In this document: one piece after another, positions 18,622 through 28,327 of the stretch
Numbering within the stretch: the stretch's first letter is position 1
Layout of the letters: every line of letters begins with the position of its first letter
Assembly (NCBI GenBank): GCA_047946875.1
Contig: CP181398.1
Coordinates: forward strand, 335,154-399,153
Reading direction: 5' to 3'
From: Candidatus Kerfeldbacteria bacterium
GTDB lineage: Bacteria > Patescibacteriota > Patescibacteriia > UBA10025 > JAHIVO01
Length of the DNA stretch: 64,000 nt
Translations under genes and position numbers: made by a program
Notes under the pieces: model-generated
Seen by the model: the letters and a program-made list of their open reading frames with translations, nothing else
What the model was told of the DNA's origin: nothing
The model's database searches: none

Positions 18622-19509
18622 TTATAATTCATTTATCATTTCATCAAATGAAGGAATATTTAGTTTATCACATACATCATGAATAGTTCGTAAACGACGA
18701 TCAACTGCAGACGGGGTTGCTTCCTCTATTGTAACATTAACTTTGAATTTAGTTTTGAATTTTTCTACCATTTCCAGTTTTGTAACATCGTTAGAGAAAA
18801 TATGAAACATTCCATTTTTTGGGTAGTTGTTTCGATTATTAATTATTTTGTCACATATTTTACCAAATTGTTTTGTGGTAATACCATTCCAAAGGTGCGT
18901 GCTAAAGCCTTTAATTGTTTCTCCCTCTTGTTTTTTAAACCATGCAATTAATGATACGTAGCCCGCGATTTCATGCCCTATGATTGAAGTTCTTAATACT
19001 AGAGAGTCTTTATATGGTTCACCTAGACTTTTTGATAGGCCATATAAATCATTAGAGGTTTTTTGTGAGTTTTCATCATAAGGTGCTTTTTCAGTTCCAT
19101 TATAAGCACAGTCGGTAGTTATTTGTATTAATTTTTCTTTGTAATGACTACTTAATATATGCGGTAGTGCTCCATTTATGAATAGGGTCGTGGTTGGATT
19201 ATCTGTACTATAGGGTTTTATAATTCCAGCACAATTAATAAAAGTATCAATTTCTCCAATTTCTTTGATTAATTTTGCTGTATGTGGTCCAAAAGTTCCT
19301 TCATTAAAACCTTCTAAATAGTCCTGATAGATATCGTTTAGATCAAAAATAACTTGTTTGTGTTTTGAAGTTCCTCCATAAGCCTTTTCTAATGCTTTAA
19401 GTTTTTCTTTGCTTCTATAAATTAAGATAAGTTCATATTTGTCCTTTAGTTCATTATAGACTGCGCTACCAAGCATACCCGTTGGAGCAGTAATGGCTAT
19501 TTTTTTCAT
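18622..19509 (-). CDS. RmlD-like sugar-nucleotide 4-ketoreductase (SDR)
   Basis: MKKIAITAPTGMLGSAVYNEL Rossmann N-terminus and catalytic YGLSK (YxxxK); 295 aa. Confidence 0.6.
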   Translation of the reverse strand: MKKIAITAPTGMLGSAVYNELKDKYELILIYRSKEKLKALEKAYGGTSKHKQVIFDLNDIYQDYLEGFNEGTFGPHTAKLIKEIGEIDTFINCAGIIKPYSTDNPTTTLFINGALPHILSSHYKEKLIQITTDCAYNGTEKAPYDENSQKTSNDLYGLSKSLGEPYKDSLVLRTSIIGHEIAGYVSLIAWFKKQEGETIKGFSTHLWNGITTKQFGKICDKIINNRNNYPKNGMFHIFSNDVTKLEMVEKFKTKFKVNVTIEEATPSAVDRRLRTIHDVCDKLNIPSFDEMINEL

Positions 19510-19532
19510 ATTTTTTATTTAATTAGTTTGAT

Positions 19533-20018
19533 CTATCTTCCTTTAACTTCCCAAACATCTCCCCACTTATATGGATCAAATCTTTTATCGTCGTTAATTG
19601 ATTCTTCAAAAGAGGATGTTGATCCGCAAATAAGTGTTGTATTGTCCTCAAGTGATACCCATCCATTTGCATAACCTGGAGGTATGATAACTAAATTTGG
19701 TCTTCTTGATGAGCTGATAAATGTATATTGGTCTTTTTTATTTTTTGGATTAATTGCTACAAATTTTGCGGCACCATTAACTATCATAAAATATTTCCAC
19801 TCTATTTTGTGGAAATGAAATCCTCTAACTACTCCTTTGCCATAATTATAGACATAATATAGTCTTTTTATAGCCAACCCTTTTTTATCTGGGAGGCTAT
19901 TTGTTTCGTTCAAAAAAGGTATAAAAGTGCCTCTATCATCAGATCGTGCGTTAATTTCTTGGATGTATGGTTTTGTCATAATATTATTGTTTAATGTTAT
20001 TATTTTCGTAATCTTCAA
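19533..20018 (-). CDS. Cupin-fold sugar-nucleotide 3,5-epimerase / 3,4-ketoisomerase (RmlC/FdtA-like)
   Basis: 161 aa; KGVVRGFHFHKIEWKYFMIVNGAAKFV matches the RmlC-type R-G-x-H-x-H cupin active-site region. Confidence 0.5.
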   Translation of the reverse strand: MKITKIITLNNNIMTKPYIQEINARSDDRGTFIPFLNETNSLPDKKGLAIKRLYYVYNYGKGVVRGFHFHKIEWKYFMIVNGAAKFVAINPKNKKDQYTFISSSRRPNLVIIPPGYANGWVSLEDNTTLICGSTSSFEESINDDKRFDPYKWGDVWEVKGR

Positions 20019-20952
20019 GAATTGTAGTCATTCTTTTTACATTTGAATAAAATTCATTTTCCAAATTTACCACACGATTTTCGTTAACTAAATCTTTAAC
20101 TTGTTTTATTCCATGTAGAAGTGTCCTTTCTGTAGTTTTGGGAATAACCTTATCCTTAAGAGCTTTTGATTGATCAGCATTATAATTTCTATTGTCTTGG
20201 AATTTTTCTTCTGTGGTTTCTATTTTGCATCCAGTTTCTTCTTGGATGCGTTTTGCTAAATCAACGATCGTTGTATTCTCTGTTGCAATATTATAAATTC
20301 CTTTTACATCTCTATCAAGGTTATCGACTAAAAATTGTGCAATATCATTTACGTGAACAAATGGTCTCCACTGTGAGCCACCAAATACAGTTAGGGCACC
20401 TTTTTTAATTGCGTTCATGGTCATGATATTTACTGCTAAATCCATACGTATTCTTGAATATGTGTCAGATATTCCAAAAGCAGTACCGAGTCTAAAAATT
20501 AATGCATCTTTATCTTTGAGAAAATTTTCAGAATTTAATTTTGTCTGAGCATAAGCTGATAAAGGATTTGTTTTTGACGATTCATTGACCGGGTCATCAC
20601 TAGCTCCATAGACAGAGCAAGTTGAAGTAAATAAAATCCTTCCATCAAAATTGTTGGATATCCATTCAACGGAATCTTGATTAATTTCTTTGGTAAGTTG
20701 AGGGTTTAGTTGGCAGGCTGGATCTCCAACAAGACCAGCTAACCAAATAACATGAGAATAATTAGGTAATATTTGTTTTAATTTGGAATGGTCTCTAATA
20801 TCCCCATAAATAAATTCTACGGGTTTTAAATAATGGTTTTCATAAGTAAGATTGTCATAAACAGAAAATGGTATTTTTCTCTTCATTAATTCTTCAGTAG
20901 TGCCTCCACCAATATAACCTGCCCCACCAACAACTAGTACTTTTAGTTTCAT
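19984..20952 (-). CDS. NAD-dependent epimerase/dehydratase (GalE-like UDP-hexose 4-epimerase)
   Basis: KVLVVGGAGYIGGGTTEEL Rossmann motif and YAQTK catalytic pair; 322 aa. Confidence 0.65.
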   Translation of the reverse strand: MKLKVLVVGGAGYIGGGTTEELMKRKIPFSVYDNLTYENHYLKPVEFIYGDIRDHSKLKQILPNYSHVIWLAGLVGDPACQLNPQLTKEINQDSVEWISNNFDGRILFTSTCSVYGASDDPVNESSKTNPLSAYAQTKLNSENFLKDKDALIFRLGTAFGISDTYSRIRMDLAVNIMTMNAIKKGALTVFGGSQWRPFVHVNDIAQFLVDNLDRDVKGIYNIATENTTIVDLAKRIQEETGCKIETTEEKFQDNRNYNADQSKALKDKVIPKTTERTLLHGIKQVKDLVNENRVVNLENEFYSNVKRMTTILEDYENNNIKQ

Positions 20953-21007
20953 ATTGCTCTTTTTTACTTGTTAAAAAAATCTTTATTTTAAAATAAAGTT
21001 AATTAAA

Positions 21008-22303
21008 TTATATATTATTCAGTGTATTTGTCAATTTCTTTGCGTTTTTTATGGCATCATGATTTTGGTAGAAAGTTTTGTTAGCATTATTGATTATAGT
21101 ATTTGAATATTTAATATCTGTTAATAGTTTGATTATTCCTTCTTGTAGATTATCTATGTTGTTATTATCAATTACTAGACCAAATTTATTCTCTTTTGCA
21201 TACTTACTGACGTAGGCATACTTAGGAGCATGAATAAGGATTGGTTTACCAGAAATAAGATATTCTGTCAGTTTTCCAGGCGTTGCCGTTCGAATAATTT
21301 CTGGACTAGGTGTATTCCAAGCAAGTGGTAAAAATAATATATCAGCTGAAAGTTGAATTTTTGCGATTTCAGATGGGTGAGCAATCCCTAGAAAAATATT
21401 CTTTTGATCCTTAGTAGTCTCTTTAATTATATCTGGGGTTTTTAAAGAATATAAATATAATTCAATTTTAATATTCTGTATTTTTTTTACAGCTTCTATT
21501 AAGTTTAAGACACTTTGTTCTTGTGGCCAGTAAATGTGACCAGTGAAGATAATTTTAAATGGTGGTTTTGGTTTGTATAACTCTTTGACTCGAGTATAAG
21601 ATTTTGAAAAAATTGAATTATATATTATTTCAGTTGGGAGAATTCCATATCTTTTTTTATATAGATCATCTGTTCCTTGGTTAGTAAAAAATATTTTTTT
21701 TGCATTGCGTACTATTATTGGTTCTGCAAATTTGGATAAAAGATTTATCGATGGGAGAAAGTTATTGCCATAATAAATGTCAAAAAAATATAAAGTATAA
21801 GGTTTTTTTGTTAGAATATGAATTAGGTAGGTAGATATCATTGCTAGGCCATCACCTGATGTTGCAATTAAAATCTCTGTTTTTTCTTTTCTTATTGTTT
21901 TAATCCCTTGGTAGGTGATTATAATGATCTGATAAAAAAAAATGATTAAATTATATATTCCTTTAAAGTTAAGTAGTTGTTTAATTTTTAAAATTTGATT
22001 ATTTTTTTTATCCTTATTATTTTGATTAATTACATTAATTTGTCTTTTATTGTGAATATTGTTAACGCAATCTGCACATTTATAATTATTTTTTTTCGGT
22101 TGATCGTAGTAGTAATACCTACATGGTAACCAATCAGAACTATTATGCATAACAGATGTGATAATTCTGTAACTAGTTAAAATACTATAGGAGTCACTAT
22201 GAAATTGTGAAAAAATAGTAGATAGGTTTACTGATCCGCCAGTCATTGGAGGGGCCCAAGTAGTGACTAATAATATTTTTTTTATTTTATTTAGTTCTTC
22301 CAT
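21008..22303 (-). CDS. GT-B fold glycosyltransferase (GT4-like)
   Basis: N-terminal ILLVTTWAPPMTGGS (GT4 N-domain signature) and a C-terminal Rossmann half. Contains a Cys-containing insert (CADCVNN). Confidence 0.5.
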   Translation of the reverse strand: MEELNKIKKILLVTTWAPPMTGGSVNLSTIFSQFHSDSYSILTSYRIITSVMHNSSDWLPCRYYYYDQPKKNNYKCADCVNNIHNKRQINVINQNNKDKKNNQILKIKQLLNFKGIYNLIIFFYQIIIITYQGIKTIRKEKTEILIATSGDGLAMISTYLIHILTKKPYTLYFFDIYYGNNFLPSINLLSKFAEPIIVRNAKKIFFTNQGTDDLYKKRYGILPTEIIYNSIFSKSYTRVKELYKPKPPFKIIFTGHIYWPQEQSVLNLIEAVKKIQNIKIELYLYSLKTPDIIKETTKDQKNIFLGIAHPSEIAKIQLSADILFLPLAWNTPSPEIIRTATPGKLTEYLISGKPILIHAPKYAYVSKYAKENKFGLVIDNNNIDNLQEGIIKLLTDIKYSNTIINNANKTFYQNHDAIKNAKKLTNTLNNI

Positions 22304-23492
22304 TTTTGTATAATTCTATTAATTTTTTTGTTATTGATTCTAAATCAAATTCTCGTGATTTTTTTAATGCTGATTCACTCATTTTATTTATCAATTTGGG
22401 TTGATCAATAAACAATTGTATTTTTTCAGTTAACTCTTTTTGACTATTAGGGCTAATGATAAAGCCTTCAATTGAGTTAGTGATATATTCAGAAATTCCG
22501 GTGTTAGTAGTGCATATAATTGGTTTACCGAATGCCATACCTTCTAAACATACCATTGAAAAGCTCTCACTAATACTAGGTTGAACTACTATATCTGCAC
22601 AATTGAAATAAGATGGCATTTCTTTAGGAAAAATGTCTCCTAGTAAGAGTACTATTTTTGTTAAGTTTTCTTTTTTTATAATTTTTTTTAATTCCTTTTC
22701 TTGGGGGCCTGAACCGATTACCAGGATTACGAAATTTCTATAGCCATTTTTTTTTAAAGAAATTGCCGAATTTATCAATAATATCGGTTTTTTTAAATTT
22801 ATTAAAAAACCCGCAAAGAGAAAAACAATTTTATTTTTTATTATTCTACTTATTTCAATTGGTAAGGAGTTTATATTTTTTTTTGTGTAGCCATTGGGAA
22901 TAATATTAAATAGCTTATTTATTTTATTTTTATAACTTTTAATTACTAGGTTTGATACTGTTATTAGATGTGTAGTTTGATCCACATTATAAAGTATTTT
23001 TTTTATTGTTGTATCATCATACATTTTAATATGATAATCGTATAATGAATGTATTGTAAGAAATGAAGGTATTTGAAGTTCTTTTCCAATTTTAGAAGCT
23101 TCATCTCCAATTAACACCTCATGGCCATGAACTAGTTTAAAATTAAACTTCTTGTGTAATTTTTTGGATTCCTTAAGTATATTTTTTGAAATTTTGTTTT
23201 TAATAATTCTGTTTTTATATTTTATATTTAATGATTTAGTAATACTTAAGATTAATAAAATAATTGAAAAATATTTTATATAATGAATATGAATACCATT
23301 AATCTTTTGATAATTTTTTATGGGTTTTTTTAATTCTTTTTTTAGGGATATAAAATAGGGTACTACGACAAAGATATTATAGTAATTGCTCAAAGCTTTA
23401 ATTTGGTCTTTAATAAAAATACCTGAATATGAAGCTGACCCAGGGGTAGTATATAATCCAGTAACTATTAATATATTTTTTTTGTTATTCAT
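22287..23492 (-). CDS. GT4 glycosyltransferase
   Basis: ESFSMVCLEGMAFGKPIICTTNTGISEYI (E-X7-E) motif. Confidence 0.75.
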   Translation of the reverse strand: MNNKKNILIVTGLYTTPGSASYSGIFIKDQIKALSNYYNIFVVVPYFISLKKELKKPIKNYQKINGIHIHYIKYFSIILLILSITKSLNIKYKNRIIKNKISKNILKESKKLHKKFNFKLVHGHEVLIGDEASKIGKELQIPSFLTIHSLYDYHIKMYDDTTIKKILYNVDQTTHLITVSNLVIKSYKNKINKLFNIIPNGYTKKNINSLPIEISRIIKNKIVFLFAGFLINLKKPILLINSAISLKKNGYRNFVILVIGSGPQEKELKKIIKKENLTKIVLLLGDIFPKEMPSYFNCADIVVQPSISESFSMVCLEGMAFGKPIICTTNTGISEYITNSIEGFIISPNSQKELTEKIQLFIDQPKLINKMSESALKKSREFDLESITKKLIELYKNGRTK

Positions 23493-23586
23493 CTAATATA
23501 TAGTTTAAAATCATTAGTATTTTGGTAGAGTTGATAATTTTATCTGCGCAATTTTTATTAAATAATATTTTATAAGAAAAAGTATA

Positions 23587-24564
23587 TTAGATTCGATTAG
23601 TTTTTTTGTCTTTAAATATTTTTTTATACCAATTAATTGTTTTTTTTAGTCCTTCTTCAACATCTACTATTGGTGAATAGTTTATCAATTTTTTTGCTTT
23701 TGAAATGTCAGCTAATGAATTTTTAACGTCACCAATTCGTGGTGGATTTAATTTCGGACTAATTTTAGTATTAAGAATTGAATTAATAAGGTTAATAAGC
23801 TGAAGTAATGAAATACTTTGTGAACAGGCAATATTAATTATTTCTCCATTTTTAACTTTTGAATTCATGGCTAAAATATTTGCCTCAATATTATTTCTTA
23901 CGTATGTAAAATCACGACTTTGCGTACCGTCGCCAAAAATTTGTGGCTGTTCACCTTTGAGTATAGCTTTTATAAACAGAGGAATAACAGCGGCATATTC
24001 TGAATTTGGATTTTGACGCGGACCAAAAACATTAAAATATCTTAAAGTTATAGTAGGTAAGTCATAAATATGGGAAAAAACTTTAACATAATATTCGGCA
24101 CTAATTTTTGAAACAGCATAGGGTGAGAGAGGTTGGGGTTCCATTATTTCCTTTTTCTTAACAACTTTTTGTGAAGCAGAATTTTCACGGTTACCATAAA
24201 CTGAGGAGGAGGAGGCAAAAACAACTTTTTTAATATCCTGGTTTTTAGCAGCAATTAGTACGTTTAAAGTGCCTGTAGTATTTGACGTATGTGTATTGTA
24301 AGGATCCTTAATAGAGCGAGGTACTGATCCAAGAGCAGCCTGATGGAGGACAGCATCATATCCGGTAAATTGTTTTTCTAATAAATCAAGTGAACGAATA
24401 TCTCCTTTTACGAATTCAATTTCGTCTTTTACTGGGTCCAGATTTTTTAATAAACCTCCTGATAAATTATCAATAACTTTAACTTGATAACCTCTCTTAA
24501 TGAGTTCAATCGTTAAATTTGATCCTATAAATCCTGCACCCCCTGTAACAATTATTTTTTTCAT
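23587..24564 (-). CDS. NAD-dependent sugar-nucleotide epimerase/dehydratase (WbpP/TviC-like UDP-HexNAc(A) 4-epimerase)
   Basis: IIVTGGAGFIGSNLTIELIKRGYQVKVIDNLSGG and a YAVSK catalytic pair. Confidence 0.65.
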   Translation of the reverse strand: MKKIIVTGGAGFIGSNLTIELIKRGYQVKVIDNLSGGLLKNLDPVKDEIEFVKGDIRSLDLLEKQFTGYDAVLHQAALGSVPRSIKDPYNTHTSNTTGTLNVLIAAKNQDIKKVVFASSSSVYGNRENSASQKVVKKKEIMEPQPLSPYAVSKISAEYYVKVFSHIYDLPTITLRYFNVFGPRQNPNSEYAAVIPLFIKAILKGEQPQIFGDGTQSRDFTYVRNNIEANILAMNSKVKNGEIINIACSQSISLLQLINLINSILNTKISPKLNPPRIGDVKNSLADISKAKKLINYSPIVDVEEGLKKTINWYKKIFKDKKTNRI

Positions 24565-24579
24565 AAACTTAATTTAATA

Positions 24580-25893
24580 TTAATTTGTATTAACTAATTT
24601 TTTTATTAACTCCTTAATTATTTTACTGTTTAACTGTTTATCGAATTTATTTTTGGCTAACGTTAAATTTGAGTTAATAATATGTTCAATTTGTTTTTTA
24701 TATTGATTATTAAAAATTTTATTGATTAAATTTGCCAACTGATCGACATCCTTTGGTTTAACTAAAAAACCGTTAATTTGATCTTTTATTATTTCTCTGA
24801 TTTGGGGAATATCACCCATAATTACTAGTGTGCCACAAGCCATTGCTTCTGCCATTACATTCGGAAATGAATCATTGGATGAAATTGAAACCATTATGTC
24901 AGAGGCAGCATAATACCAAGGCATATCTTCGCTTTTAACTTGTAATATCCAATTAAAGTTTTGTTCAAAACCTTTTTCTGAAATTACTTTTTTTATTTTT
25001 TCTGTATGCTCCATGCCTACTTTTGATAAAATCAGTATTAATATATTTGGATTTTTTGGGAGAATTTTGAAGATAGCTTTTAAAAAAATATCAAAATTTA
25101 AGTAATCAGCAATTCCACGAGGCCATAATATAACCTGTTTTTTAGAAATGTTTAATTTCTTTCTGGCTTCTTGTTTTGAACGGGGATAAAAAACATTAAG
25201 ATCTACTCCAGGATATCGGATTAGATGAATTTTTTTTAATTCAGCTCCATATGTCCTGGCTTTTTCTAATGCGGTTTGAGAATTCACTGTAATTGATTTT
25301 GCTCGCTTTACTGCATGTTTAACAATTTTTTTCTTCAATAACCTGTCAATACCATTCCATTTTGCCCACCATGTAATGTCGCCATTCCAAAATGTTATTA
25401 CAATAGGTAAAGATTTTGGTAAACAAAAAGCTAAATAAGATGGGTAAAGTACGGTTTGTAAAAAAATAATATTAGGTTGGAAATCCTTTACTGCGTTTTG
25501 CAATATTTTTCTATCTCGTAAAAATATAGATATGTCATATAAAGTATCTGCAGATATCTCATCTAGAAGGTGAGTTTTTATTATAAGTTTTTTTAAAAAA
25601 GAATATATGTACATAATAAATTTTTTTATTCCGGTTCGTATTCTTTTTAAATATATTTGTTCAGATTTTGATACAATTTTACTTGTTTTATTTAAAGAAT
25701 GTTCAATTATTTTGGCATTTGTTAAAGCATAAAATCGGACATTCGGAATTTTATATGGGAAAGTCGAAGCTAGAGCCACTTCAAAATTTGGATCTTCCGC
25801 AAAAATGCTAATACGTCGATAAGCATGGATTGAATAGCCCCACGCGAGAAAAAAAATTTTAATTCGTTTATTAGAATCTTGTAGATTTTTCAT
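24580..25893 (-). CDS. GT4 glycosyltransferase
   Basis: SFPNVMAEAMACGTLVIMGDIPQIREI motif; 437 aa. Confidence 0.7.
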   Translation of the reverse strand: MKNLQDSNKRIKIFFLAWGYSIHAYRRISIFAEDPNFEVALASTFPYKIPNVRFYALTNAKIIEHSLNKTSKIVSKSEQIYLKRIRTGIKKFIMYIYSFLKKLIIKTHLLDEISADTLYDISIFLRDRKILQNAVKDFQPNIIFLQTVLYPSYLAFCLPKSLPIVITFWNGDITWWAKWNGIDRLLKKKIVKHAVKRAKSITVNSQTALEKARTYGAELKKIHLIRYPGVDLNVFYPRSKQEARKKLNISKKQVILWPRGIADYLNFDIFLKAIFKILPKNPNILILILSKVGMEHTEKIKKVISEKGFEQNFNWILQVKSEDMPWYYAASDIMVSISSNDSFPNVMAEAMACGTLVIMGDIPQIREIIKDQINGFLVKPKDVDQLANLINKIFNNQYKKQIEHIINSNLTLAKNKFDKQLNSKIIKELIKKLVNTN

Positions 25894-26064
25894 AGTTATT
25901 TTCTAAATTTCTTGAATCCAAAATTTTAACATAATTGAAAGCCATGGTTTTTGTCAACTAATTCGAGCTACTTTCTGTTACATTATAATAAATCTTGTCA
26001 ATATTAAACTAGGTCCAACATGCATCTTCACCTAAACAAGATATTATTTTTGCATTTGAATAAA

Positions 26065-27330
26065 TCATTTTAATATTTCCCAACTACAGGGGTGTAAAAT
26101 TACTCCATTAAAATTTGATCTTATATGTTCACCATTATTTCCAGTTTGTTCAATAATTAATTCAGCTGCATCTGGAATCCAATCGATTACTCCTAGTCCA
26201 TTTGCACCAAAATCGATAAAGTAACTACCTGGAGGAAAATAATTATTTTTAAAATCAATCTTAAAGCTTACTTCCCCTTTATTGAATTTACTTGGTAGAT
26301 TTGTGTCGGATGTATGAATGTTAAATAAAGAAATACCTAGCTGGTTTACTATTCTAAAACTTAGGTTTAATTCAGTGATATCTTTTTGTATTTCTGCAGT
26401 TAAAACCATACTAAATTTTTCGTAAAGTTTAATTGAATTTGTGATTTCTTTTTGTGAATTAATGAATTTTACACTTTTCCATTTAAACATACTATTTGGT
26501 AATGAATTTTTTCTAAGAGCAGGGTTTGATAGATTAAATTTTCCTGAAGTATTAGAATTTTTATTTTTTAAGTATTCTTCTATTACTTTATTTGTTTTCC
26601 CATCAATTTGTATTTTTCCATTATTAATTAATATTGATCTATCACATAATGATGAGATTGCATTCATATTATGACTTACAAATATTATCGTTCTTCCTTT
26701 ATTTGCAACTGATTCCATTTTACCTAGGCATTTTTTTTGAAATTCTATATCACCAACAGCTAAAACTTCATCAACTATTAATATTTCTGGTTCCAAGTGC
26801 GCAGCTACGGAAAATGCTAAACGAACAAACATACCACTTGAGTATCTTTTTACAGGAGTATCAAGGAAATTACCGATTTCAGAAAATTCTACTATCTCAT
26901 CAAATTTTTCTTTGATTTCCAATCTTTTCATTCCTAAAATCGCTCCATTTAGGAAAATATTTTCCCGTCCAGTTAGCTCAGGATGAAAACCAGTCCCTAC
27001 TTCAAGAAGACTTGCAACTCTACCGTTTAATTCTATTTTTCCAGTAGTTGGATGTGTTATTTGGGATAGTATTTTTAGGAGTGTACTCTTTCCTGCACCA
27101 TTTTTACCAATTATTCCAATTCTCTCACCTTTGTTAATTGAAAAGTTAATATTTTTAAGTGCCCAAAATATTTCTTTGGATTGTTTTGCCTTTTTTTTGG
27201 TTAAAATCTCAAATGGTTTTTTAATAAATTCAGTTACTTTATCTCTCATGGTATCATAATTAGCATTATGAGAAATAATGTATGATTTGGAAATATTTTC
27301 TACTTTTATTATTGGCTCTTGTTGATTCAT
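26065..27330 (-). CDS. wzt: ABC transporter ATP-binding protein for polysaccharide export (Wzt/TagH-like) with C-terminal glycan-binding domain
   Basis: Walker A GIIGKNGAGKSTLLKIL, signature YSSGMFVRLAF, Walker B ILIVDEVLAVGD. An extra C-terminal domain of about 170 aa follows the NBD, as in Wzt proteins that recognise a capped glycan terminus. Confidence 0.8.
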   Translation of the reverse strand: MNQQEPIIKVENISKSYIISHNANYDTMRDKVTEFIKKPFEILTKKKAKQSKEIFWALKNINFSINKGERIGIIGKNGAGKSTLLKILSQITHPTTGKIELNGRVASLLEVGTGFHPELTGRENIFLNGAILGMKRLEIKEKFDEIVEFSEIGNFLDTPVKRYSSGMFVRLAFSVAAHLEPEILIVDEVLAVGDIEFQKKCLGKMESVANKGRTIIFVSHNMNAISSLCDRSILINNGKIQIDGKTNKVIEEYLKNKNSNTSGKFNLSNPALRKNSLPNSMFKWKSVKFINSQKEITNSIKLYEKFSMVLTAEIQKDITELNLSFRIVNQLGISLFNIHTSDTNLPSKFNKGEVSFKIDFKNNYFPPGSYFIDFGANGLGVIDWIPDAAELIIEQTGNNGEHIRSNFNGVILHPCSWEILK

Positions 27331-27334
27331 ATAT

Positions 27335-28216
27335 TTAGGCTATATCTGCAAATACTTTCTCGGTTTTTCTAAAATAAAATATTCCAAGAATAAATAAAGC
27401 TATAGCTATGATAGTTGATATTCCTAGGAGTTCATAATTAATTGGTTGATTGCCAATTAAACCGGCTCTTGCTGTCTCGATGATGCCGGTCATAGGATTT
27501 AAAGCAAGAATCCATTGGTATTTTTCTGGTATTAGTGTTGTTGGGTATATTACAGGTGTAACAAAAAAAAGTGTCTGTATGAAAAATGGTAAAGCTTCTC
27601 TAATATCTCTATATCTGACATTAATTGCTGCCAAGAAACTTCCTAAACCTGAAGCTGAAAGTAAAGATAGAATTATTAATAATGGTAAAAGGAGTAGACC
27701 CTCTAAAGTTGGTGTGTATTGATAATATAGCATTAGACCAGCATATACTAAAAATGAAATTAGTAATTCTATTAATGGTGTAATAGAAGCTGAAAAGGGA
27801 AGTATGAGTCTAGGGAAATATATTTTTTTTATTACATTTTCATTTTCGACTAAAGAGTTACTTGATTTTGTTAAAGATGTAGAGAAATAATTCCAAAATA
27901 ATAATCCTGAAAAAGCAAAGATTGGGTATGGTATACCGTCTGACGGAACTCCAATCAAATTACCAAAAAATAAAGAAAATACAACCATTAGCATGATAGG
28001 CTGAATTAGAGCCCAAATTATACCAATGGCAGTTTGCTTGTATCTTACTTTAATGTCCCTCCAGCTGAAAATATAAAAAAGTTCTTTAAATAGCCAAAGT
28101 TCTTTAAAGTTTATTCCAACCCAACCTTTTTTTGGTTTAATAATTGTTTTATGAGTATTTTCTTGCATAAATACTGAAAATAATGTTACTTTGTGATTAT
28201 AATATAAAATACTCAT
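27335..28216 (-). CDS. wzm: ABC-2 type polysaccharide export permease (Wzm/TagG-like)
   Basis: 293 aa with 6 TM helices; ABC-2 family layout immediately upstream of wzt with a 4-nt gap. Confidence 0.8.
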   Translation of the reverse strand: MSILYYNHKVTLFSVFMQENTHKTIIKPKKGWVGINFKELWLFKELFYIFSWRDIKVRYKQTAIGIIWALIQPIMLMVVFSLFFGNLIGVPSDGIPYPIFAFSGLLFWNYFSTSLTKSSNSLVENENVIKKIYFPRLILPFSASITPLIELLISFLVYAGLMLYYQYTPTLEGLLLLPLLIILSLLSASGLGSFLAAINVRYRDIREALPFFIQTLFFVTPVIYPTTLIPEKYQWILALNPMTGIIETARAGLIGNQPINYELLGISTIIAIALFILGIFYFRKTEKVFADIA

Positions 28217-28327
28217 TAATATTAATAGAGTATTTTAGTAGTTATTATTATAACTTTTCGGGATTATAATAACAAGTTTAATGAATTTTGAAAAGGGGTA
28301 GTTTGTGCTATAATTTATGTTAATAAT
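28217..28327. promoter_or_regulatory. Divergent promoter region between wzm (minus) and the GT-C-like gene (plus)
   Basis: 111-bp AT-rich intergenic spacer separating two divergently transcribed operon heads; no specific -35/-10 boxes assigned. Confidence 0.25.
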
